64,000 nt of DNA, from NCBI GenBank assembly GCA_050737875.1, contig JBOHYG010000108.1, forward strand, positions 31,241-95,240. The letters run 5' to 3'. The translations under genes and the position numbers were made by a program. This DNA comes from Arenimonas sp. (GTDB lineage: Bacteria > Pseudomonadota > Gammaproteobacteria > Xanthomonadales > Xanthomonadaceae). Each line of letters opens with the position of its first letter. Position 1 is the first letter of the stretch. The notes beneath the pieces are model-generated. The model saw nothing but the letters and a program-made list of their open reading frames with translations, made no database searches and was not told the origin of the DNA. Below, piece by piece: positions 57,526 through 64,000 of this stretch.

Positions 57526-58451
57526 TGCAACAAAGTAATGACAACCTGATCGGTTTCATTATTGCAATCGGCATGCATGCCGCATTACTGCTGATTTTTT
57601 TCCTGAGCGGCTTGATCTCCAGCACGGCCGTGTTGCCGGAAGCGAAAGGCGAGCCGGTACAAGCCAGCGTGATGATTAGCGCGGCCGACATCAAGCGTGC
57701 CGAGAAATCCATTCGCGAGTCCGAGGCTGCGCCACCGCCGAAGCCATCGCAAGCCGTGCAGCCGACGCCTGAACCACGTCCGCAAACGGCCGAAACGCCG
57801 CAGCAAATGCAGGCACAGGCGCCGGTCATCAACCCGGATACCCAGGATCAGCAGCGCATCAACAAACTGGCGGTCCAGCAGAGCGACGAAAAAATCGTTG
57901 CCGAACAAGAAGCACGTCGTCGCCAGGCCCAAATCGATTTGACCGAAGAAATAAAAAAACAGGAACAGGCAGAAAACAAGCAGCGTTTGCGTGAGCAGCA
58001 ACTGGCCCAGTTGGAAGCGATTCGACTTGCGCAAAAAGCCGCGGCAACCCGCACCCGCATGGAAGACCAGCGCCTGCAGCAGCTGCAGGACTTGCAGCAG
58101 AACGAGCCCGTGCGTGCACCGGCCGGGCCTCCTGTACGCACCAGCGGCAACCCGAGTGCCAATAACGATTTGAAAGCGCGTTACATGGCGGCCATCAAAG
58201 CCACGATTCATCAGAACTGGCGGCATAACGGCGCCGAACCATTGCAACGTTGCCAGGTTGAATTCACCCAGGCACCGGGTGGCGAAGTCATCGATGTCAC
58301 CTTTGTCAGTTGTCCCTTTTCTCCGGAGGGACGTGAAAGTGCCGAACGTGCAGTGCGGCTGACGCCGCTTCCTTATTACGGTTTTGAACCGGTGTTTGAA
58401 CGCCGTCAAAGCTTTACACTTTGCTATCCCATCGAGCAATGCGAGAAATAA
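57525..58451 (+). CDS. tolA: Tol-Pal system protein TolA
   Basis: N-terminal TM helix, a long Gln/Ala/Glu/Lys-rich helical domain II and a C-terminal TolA/TonB-like domain. It lies between tolR and tolB. Confidence 0.8.
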   Translation: MQQSNDNLIGFIIAIGMHAALLLIFFLSGLISSTAVLPEAKGEPVQASVMISAADIKRAEKSIRESEAAPPPKPSQAVQPTPEPRPQTAETPQQMQAQAPVINPDTQDQQRINKLAVQQSDEKIVAEQEARRRQAQIDLTEEIKKQEQAENKQRLREQQLAQLEAIRLAQKAAATRTRMEDQRLQQLQDLQQNEPVRAPAGPPVRTSGNPSANNDLKARYMAAIKATIHQNWRHNGAEPLQRCQVEFTQAPGGEVIDVTFVSCPFSPEGRESAERAVRLTPLPYYGFEPVFERRQSFTLCYPIEQCEK

Positions 58452-58455
58452 ACCC

Positions 58456-59757
58456 ATGAAAAATATTTTCAAGCAGTTAATGTGTTTCTGCATTTTTCTA
58501 TCTGCTCCCTTGTCCGCGCAGGTCCTGGACCTTGGCGTGATTTCCGGTAACGAAGGCTCATTGCCGATTGCGGTGGTGCCGATGGCTTATCAGGGCAAAA
58601 TGACGGTCCCCGAAGTTCAGGTTTCCGATGTAATTCGTGCCGACCTGAATCGTTCGGGACAATTCCGTTCGATGGCAGAACAAGCATTGGTTGCTCGACC
58701 AACGCGCGGCAGCGAAGTGCGCTTTAATGATTGGCGTCTGGCCAAGCAGGATTTCCTCGTCGTAGGCCGTGTGCTGGATGATGCGAATGGCAGTTATCGC
58801 ATCGAATACGAGCTGTATGACGTGGCCAAACAGGAGCGCATGCTGGGACTGTCATTGACCAGCAGGGCAAAAGGCCTGCGTGACGTTTCGCACCAGATTG
58901 CCGATCAAATCTACGAGAAAATTCTCGGCGTACGCGGTGCATTCTGGACTCGCATTGCCTATGTCACGGCAAATGGCGTCGGCAAAAACATAAAATACTC
59001 GTTGATGGTGGCCGATTCCGACGGCATGAATCCGCAAACCGTCGTGACGTATTCCGAGCCGTTGCTGTCGCCATCCTGGAGCCCGGACGGACGCAAACTC
59101 GCATACGTCAGTTTCGAGCGCGGCAATTCGACTATCTACGTGCAGGAATTAAATACCGGTGCCCGCGACGTGATTGCCAGCTACAAGGGGATCAACGGCG
59201 CGCCGGCATTTTCGCCTGACGGCCGTCGCATGGCGATGACGCTGTCGAAATCGGGCAATCCGGAAATCTACGTGATGGATTTGGCCAGCCGCAATCTGAC
59301 CCAGGTAACCAATCACTATTCAATCGATACCGAAGCTGTCTGGACTGCCGATGGTCAGTCGCTGGTATTTACCTCCGATCGCGGTGGTCGTCCGCAGCTT
59401 TATCAAGTGTCGGCCAATGGCGGTGAACCTCGTCGAGTCAGTTTTTCAGGTGATTCAAATGCGAAGGCCAGCGTTTCTTTCGATGGCAAACGGATCGCTT
59501 CGGCACAGGGTAAAGGCAGTGTTTATCGCGTGAGCATTCTCGACGTGCAATCGGGCAGTTGGCAGTCGCTTTCGCCCGGCAATCTGGACGAATCCCCAAG
59601 CTTCGCTCCGAATGCCAGCATGCTGTTGTATGCCAACAAGGAAGGTCGCCGGGGCGTGCTGTATGCAGTGTCTGCAGATGGCCGGGTCCGTCAGCGGATT
59701 GTGCTGGCCGATGGCGATGTCCGCGAGCCTGCTTGGGGTCCATTCAGGCAAAAGTGA
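58456..59757 (+). CDS. tolB: Tol-Pal system beta-propeller protein TolB
   Basis: Internal ATG at 58456 followed by a signal peptide. Repeated WSPDG/FSPDG propeller motifs are present. Confidence 0.95.
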   Translation: MKNIFKQLMCFCIFLSAPLSAQVLDLGVISGNEGSLPIAVVPMAYQGKMTVPEVQVSDVIRADLNRSGQFRSMAEQALVARPTRGSEVRFNDWRLAKQDFLVVGRVLDDANGSYRIEYELYDVAKQERMLGLSLTSRAKGLRDVSHQIADQIYEKILGVRGAFWTRIAYVTANGVGKNIKYSLMVADSDGMNPQTVVTYSEPLLSPSWSPDGRKLAYVSFERGNSTIYVQELNTGARDVIASYKGINGAPAFSPDGRRMAMTLSKSGNPEIYVMDLASRNLTQVTNHYSIDTEAVWTADGQSLVFTSDRGGRPQLYQVSANGGEPRRVSFSGDSNAKASVSFDGKRIASAQGKGSVYRVSILDVQSGSWQSLSPGNLDESPSFAPNASMLLYANKEGRRGVLYAVSADGRVRQRIVLADGDVREPAWGPFRQK

Positions 59758-59837
59758 CAAAAACCCTATTACACTTAACCCGAATCTGAATATCATTCAA
59801 TAACGCAACACCAACCTCCACAAAAAGGGGATTTAGC

Positions 59838-60356
59838 ATGAAAACCACCGCCCGCGTTTTAGTTGCATTGGCTGTATGTTTGGCGTTGATTGCCTGTACC
59901 AAGAAAGTAAAAACTGAAAATACCAGCGGTAATACTTCGGGTAGCGACACCGGGGCTCAAACCAATCCTATGGCGGACGACGGTATGTATGGTCCGGAAG
60001 ATCTGGATACCGATGCCTGCCTGCGTCAGCGCGTGGTGTATTTCGATTTCGATCAGGACAATCTGAAGTCTGAATTCCAGGCCGCCATTTCCTGCCATGC
60101 AAAATACCTGCGTGACCGTCCAAGCGCACGCATGACGCTCGAAGGTCATGCCGATGAGCGTGGCACCCGTGAATATAACCTTGGTTTGGGCGAGCGCCGC
60201 GGCAATGCCGTATCGGCCGCAGTTCAAGGCAGCGGTGGTTCGGGTTCGCAAATTACCGTAACCAGTCTCGGTGAAGAACGTCCTACCTGTCTCGACTCGA
60301 ACGAAGACTGCTGGGCTAAAAATCGCCGCGTCGAAATCAGCTACACAAGCAAATAA
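59838..60356 (+). CDS. pal: Peptidoglycan-associated lipoprotein Pal
   Basis: Lipobox LIAC and an OmpA-like domain (VYFDFDQDNL...LEGHADERGTREYNLGLGERRGNAV...NRRVEI). Confidence 0.95.
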   Translation: MKTTARVLVALAVCLALIACTKKVKTENTSGNTSGSDTGAQTNPMADDGMYGPEDLDTDACLRQRVVYFDFDQDNLKSEFQAAISCHAKYLRDRPSARMTLEGHADERGTREYNLGLGERRGNAVSAAVQGSGGSGSQITVTSLGEERPTCLDSNEDCWAKNRRVEISYTSK

Positions 60357-60358
60357 GC

Positions 60359-61147
60359 ATGAAACATATTTCGGCACATCGCGTCTGCTTGCTACTGGTG
60401 GCATTTCTTGCCACCAGTAGTGCCTGGGCACAAAAACAAAGTCTGGCCGAGCGTGTCACCACACTCGAACAGAAAGCCGCTGCCCAGAATCAGGGCGTCG
60501 GCCAGGCGAATGTCGAGTTATTGAATCGGTTGACGCAATTACAAGCCGAGATGAAAGCTCTGCGTGAGCAGGTCGAAACCTTGCAGAACGAGAATGCCCA
60601 GCTTAAGGAACGCAATCGGGTTCAATACATCGACTTGGATTCGCGGATCAATAAGTTCGAATCTGGCAGTACGGTACCAGCAGCATCACCGTTGAAACCT
60701 GCCGCGACCAAACCGGTGAGCAAACCTGCCGTTCCCGCCGCTTCCAGTTATTCTGCCGACCCCGCCGGCGAAGAGGCGGCTTATGGTGTTGCCTTCGAGG
60801 CATTGAAACAAAAAGACTACGTAGAATCGGCTCGCTTGTTCAAAAGCTTTATCGATAATTATCCGCAGGCGCAGCTGGCGCCGAATGCCTGGTACTGGCT
60901 CGGTGAAAGTTATTACGTGACCCAGAATTACGAAATCGCGCTGCAGAGCTTTCAGGGTTTGTTATCGCAGTACCCTGATTCCAGCAAAGTACCCGATGGC
61001 ATGTTGAAGCTCGGCTATTGCCAGTCACAACTCGGCCAGAAAGACCGTGCCCGTGACACCTTCAACGAAGTCCTGCGATTGTATCCAATGAGCGACGCCG
61101 CGCGCTTTGCACAAAGCCAATTGCGCGCCATGAACCTCGGACAATAA
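60359..61147 (+). CDS. cpoB: Cell division coordinator CpoB (YbgF)
   Basis: Signal peptide, an N-terminal coiled coil and C-terminal TPR repeats (NAWYWLGESYYVTQNY...MLKLGYCQ). Confidence 0.9.
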   Translation: MKHISAHRVCLLLVAFLATSSAWAQKQSLAERVTTLEQKAAAQNQGVGQANVELLNRLTQLQAEMKALREQVETLQNENAQLKERNRVQYIDLDSRINKFESGSTVPAASPLKPAATKPVSKPAVPAASSYSADPAGEEAAYGVAFEALKQKDYVESARLFKSFIDNYPQAQLAPNAWYWLGESYYVTQNYEIALQSFQGLLSQYPDSSKVPDGMLKLGYCQSQLGQKDRARDTFNEVLRLYPMSDAARFAQSQLRAMNLGQ

Positions 61148-61152
61148 GTATT

Positions 61153-61809
61153 GTGGAAGCAGGTACTCAAGACCGTCTTAAACTGACGGAGATTTTCTTA
61201 TCGGTGCAAGGCGAGGCGCGCAGCGTCGGATGGCCGACGGTGTTCGTTCGTTTGACCGGTTGCCCATTGCGGTGCCAGTACTGCGATACCGCCTATGCCT
61301 TTCATGGCGGCGAATGGTGGAATATCGACGACATCATGACCGAAGTGGCCAAACACGGCGCCCGTCATGTCTGTGTCACCGGCGGCGAACCGCTTTCGCA
61401 AAAGCGCTGCATCATCCTGCTGAAGAAACTCTGCGATGCCGGATACAACGTGTCGCTTGAAACTTCCGGCGCAATCGATATCAGCGAAGTCGACCAACGC
61501 GTCAGTCGCGTCGTCGACCTGAAAACGCCGGATTCCAAAGAGCAGCACCGCAATCGCATGGAAAACATTCCACTATTAACTCAGCACGATCAGGTGAAAT
61601 TCGTGATCTGCAGCACGGTTGATTACGAATGGGCCAAATCGATGCTCGTCGAACATCAGTTGGCGGAACGATGTGAAGTCCTGTTTTCTCCAAGCTATAC
61701 CGAGATAAAACCGCGAGACCTGGCCGAATGGTTATTGGCCGACAAGTTGCCGGTACGCTTTCAAATGCAATTGCACAAACAGCTTTGGGGCGAAGAGACT
61801 GGTCGCTGA
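61153..61809 (+). CDS. queE: 7-carboxy-7-deazaguanine synthase (radical SAM)
   Basis: GTG start. EIFLSVQGEARSVGWPTVFVRLTGCPLRCQYCDT (CX3CX2C) and QMQLHK. Confidence 0.92.
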   Translation: MEAGTQDRLKLTEIFLSVQGEARSVGWPTVFVRLTGCPLRCQYCDTAYAFHGGEWWNIDDIMTEVAKHGARHVCVTGGEPLSQKRCIILLKKLCDAGYNVSLETSGAIDISEVDQRVSRVVDLKTPDSKEQHRNRMENIPLLTQHDQVKFVICSTVDYEWAKSMLVEHQLAERCEVLFSPSYTEIKPRDLAEWLLADKLPVRFQMQLHKQLWGEETGR

Positions 61810-61826
61810 AATCACGGTAAAATGCC

Positions 61827-62501
61827 GTGATGAACATAAAAAAAGCAGTGATATTGGTTTCTGGCGGCATGGATTCGGCCGTCACGATGGCGATTGCGAA
61901 AGAGCAGGGCTTTGTTTGCCACGCACTGAGCGTGAGCTACGGCCAGCGCCATGGTGCCGAGCTTGATGCCGCCAACGAACTCGCCAAATCCCAGGGGGCG
62001 GCCGCCCATAAAACAGTTGTGGTGGATTTACGAAGTATTGGCGGTTCCGCGCTGACTTCCGATATCGCCGTGCCTGAATCTGCCAGCGAGGGGATTCCGG
62101 TGACCTATGTGCCGGCACGCAATACCATCATGCTGTCGATCGCGCTCGGATGGGCCGAAGTACTGGGCGCCAATGATATTTTTTGCGGCATCAACGCCGT
62201 CGATTATTCCGGCTATCCCGATTGTCGCCCTGAGTTTCTTGCGGCATTTCAGAATCTGGCGAATCTTGCCACCAAGGCTGGCGTGGAAGGCGCCGGTTTG
62301 CGTCTGCACGCGCCATTGATTTCGATGAGCAAGGCAGATATCGCACGCGAAGGGATACGCCTCGGTGTCGATTTTTCACGCACGGTTTCCTGTTATCAAG
62401 CCGACGATCAGGGCCGCGCCTGCGGTCGTTGCGATGCCTGCCGTTTGCGCGCAGCGGGCTTTCATGACGCCGGAATCATCGATCCGACGCGCTATGTATA
62501 A
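61827..62501 (+). CDS. queC: 7-cyano-7-deazaguanine synthase
   Basis: [20 protein letters not shown] and the C-terminal zinc cluster CGRCDAC. Confidence 0.95.
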   Translation: MMNIKKAVILVSGGMDSAVTMAIAKEQGFVCHALSVSYGQRHGAELDAANELAKSQGAAAHKTVVVDLRSIGGSALTSDIAVPESASEGIPVTYVPARNTIMLSIALGWAEVLGANDIFCGINAVDYSGYPDCRPEFLAAFQNLANLATKAGVEGAGLRLHAPLISMSKADIAREGIRLGVDFSRTVSCYQADDQGRACGRCDACRLRAAGFHDAGIIDPTRYV

Positions 62502-62634
62502 GGTTGTCAGGCTTTAGAGTAATTATTACTTGCCCTGAGCCCGGGTTTTGCCTAAAATTCGCGCTCTTGTTTGCACCGCCTACGGCGCATTCGGCAAATA
62601 CAGATTTAGTGCCCCGGCACAGTTCGATTTAAGT

Positions 62635-62710
62635 GGGTCGTTAGCTCAGTCGGTAGAGCAGAAGACTTTTAATCTTTTGGTCGAAGGTTCGAATCCTTCA
62701 CGACCCACCA
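62635..62710 (+). tRNA. tRNA-Lys (anticodon UUU), CCA encoded
   Basis: The cloverleaf was read by hand. The acceptor stem is GGGTCGT/ACGACCC, the D arm GCTC-AGTCGGT-AGAGC and the anticodon arm GAAGA-CTTTTAA-TCTTT. The T arm is GAAGG-TTCGAAT-CCTTC, followed by a 3' CCA. Confidence 0.95.
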
Positions 62711-62750
62711 CTTTCAAGTTCAGCAGTATCCAAAGAACGCTAAACCTTTC

Positions 62751-62786
62751 GGTCGAAGGTTCGAATCCTTCACGACCCACCACTTT
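62751..62786 (+). repeat. Perfect 36-nt direct repeat of the tRNA-Lys 3' end (T arm + acceptor 3' strand + CCA + 3 nt)
   Basis: GGTCGAAGGTTCGAATCCTTCACGACCCACCACTTT occurs at 62679-62714 and again at 62751-62786. The ~35 nt preceding the second copy only weakly resemble the tRNA 5' half. Confidence 0.85.
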
Positions 62787-62952
62787 TCCCAGATCAGGCA
62801 ACGCAATAAACGCGTACCCGACATTCAGTCGGTCATGCAGGCATGCTGCCGTTAATTTTCATGACGATCACCTCGCGGAATGTGACAATAGCGAGATTGA
62901 TTTATTCGCCGTGGAATCCATCCACCAGTGAGTAAGCAGACTCCTCCTCTTC

Positions 62953-64000
62953 ATGACCATGATTTCCGACGAAACCAAAAAACCGATTAAACCCGATTTC
63001 ACGAAAATCATGAGCCGAGACCAATCACGGCTGCATGGTTTGTGGTCGCGCTTGGTCGCAAAAAAGCAGGACACGGCTTTGCTGGAATCGTTTGACGCCG
63101 CCTACAAAAAATCGTGTGAAGAAAAAGCGCAACGCGCACTGCTGGCACCAACGCCGACATTCGACGCAGATTTGCCGGTCGCGCGTGAAGCGGAAAAAAT
63201 AATCGAACTGATTCAAAAACATCAGGTCGTCGTGCTCGCCGGTGAAACCGGTTCCGGCAAAACCACCCAGTTGCCAAAGCTGTGCCTGGCGGCCGGACGT
63301 GGCCAGGCCGGAATGATCGGTTGCACGCAGCCGCGGCGTATCGCGGCACGTGCGGTTGCCAGGAGGGTCGCGGAAGAACTGAAAGTCCCGATGGGGGCGG
63401 CCGTCGGTTACCAGGTCCGCTTTACCGAACAAGTCGGTGATAACACCTATATTAAGTTCATGACCGACGGCATTTTGCTGGCAGAAATCCATTCGGATAA
63501 ATGGCTGTCATGCTATGACACGCTGATTATCGATGAAGCGCATGAGCGCAGTTTGAATATCGATTTCCTGCTGGGCTATCTGCGTAACCTCGCCAAAAAG
63601 CGCAGTGACCTGAAAATCATCATTACTTCGGCAACCATCGATACCGAACGTTTCTCGAAGCATTTTCACGATGCCCCGATCGTCAATGTCGAAGGTCGCA
63701 GTTATCCGGTGGAAACGCGTTACCGACCAATCGGCGAACAGCAGGTTTTATCGGATGAAAATGAAGATGCATTGCAGGCCAAGGAAGATATTTCGGTCAG
63801 CGATGCGATCATCCGCGCCGCCGATGAAATAACCCGCGAAGATCCGCTCGGCGACGTATTGGTGTTCCTGCCGGGCGAGCGAGAAATTCGCGATGCCCAT
63901 TTACTGCTGGAACGAAAAAAATATCGCAACACCGAAATTCTGCCTCTGTACGCGCGGCTATCGGTAAAGGACCAGGATCGCGTATTTAATCCGGGTCCGC
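62953..64000 (+). CDS. hrpA: ATP-dependent RNA helicase HrpA, N-terminal part (runs off the window end)
   Basis: The frame is open from ATG 62953 to the window end. GETGSGKTTQLP, TQPRRIAAR, IIDEAHERS and ITSAT are DEAH-box motifs. It is absent from the ORF track because it has no stop. Confidence 0.9.
   Translation, partial: MTMISDETKKPIKPDFTKIMSRDQSRLHGLWSRLVAKKQDTALLESFDAAYKKSCEEKAQRALLAPTPTFDADLPVAREAEKIIELIQKHQVVVLAGETGSGKTTQLPKLCLAAGRGQAGMIGCTQPRRIAARAVARRVAEELKVPMGAAVGYQVRFTEQVGDNTYIKFMTDGILLAEIHSDKWLSCYDTLIIDEAHERSLNIDFLLGYLRNLAKKRSDLKIIITSATIDTERFSKHFHDAPIVNVEGRSYPVETRYRPIGEQQVLSDENEDALQAKEDISVSDAIIRAADEITREDPLGDVLVFLPGEREIRDAHLLLERKKYRNTEILPLYARLSVKDQDRVFNPGP

Noticed and set aside
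62548-62931. 127-aa ORF spanning the tRNA-Lys region (contains VEGSNPSRPTTF twice).
   Set aside because: It is a translation through the tRNA gene and its duplicated 3' end. The internal protein repeat is just the DNA repeat.
62502-62952. Prophage or genomic island at tRNA-Lys.
   Set aside because: Only the 36-nt direct repeat is present. No integrase, excisionase or cargo ORFs lie between queC and hrpA.
1-64000. Looked for CRISPR arrays, IS elements or transposases, toxin-antitoxin pairs, retron/DGR-like elements, restriction-modification genes and known defence genes.
   Set aside because: No regularly spaced repeats were found, and no reverse transcriptase, nuclease or integrase motifs. 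Intergenic space is minimal, with the largest gaps about 200 nt. None of these could be supported.

Overview
This 64-kb window is a moderately GC-rich gammaproteobacterial chromosome segment with very high coding density. I count about 66 protein genes and one tRNA. There is no rRNA, CRISPR array, transposase, integrase, phage gene or recognisable defence system.

Gene content and order look like Xanthomonadales/Nevskiales-type genomes:
- a T2SS tail, gspM / XpsN-like gspC-N / gspD;
- lptD-surA-pdxA-rsmA-apaG-apaH;
- lgt-thyA-folA;
- aspS, a YebC with the MGRGPS-type N-terminus, then ruvC-ruvA-[kup]-ruvB-ybgC-tolQRAB-pal-cpoB-queE-queC-tRNA-Lys-hrpA.

Most of the window (about 19.8-29 kb and 50.9-62.5 kb) is ordinary core genome. 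I cannot point to a clear-cut new system from sequence alone.

The best candidates for a second look are:
1. a five-gene Wzm/Wzt glycan-export module translationally fused to the end of the T2SS operon;
2. a DUF533/TerB-like protein with poly-proline tracts directly upstream of a GYF_2-AIM24 protein, a possible ligand/reader pair;
3. two tandem secreted DUF3011 paralogues, together six copies of a 4-Cys module;
4. a lipoprotein-DUF1800 plus Tat-DUF1501 pair;
5. a 10-Cys small lipoprotein wedged between glnS and a deaminase;
6. a perfect 36-nt duplication of the tRNA-Lys 3' end, which looks like an att scar.

CDS coordinates follow the supplied ORF track, with several starts moved to better-supported internal start codons. 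Hand-derived coordinates for hairpins and repeats may be off by 1-2 nt. No database search, fold prediction or statistics could be run, so family names come from motif and sequence recognition only.
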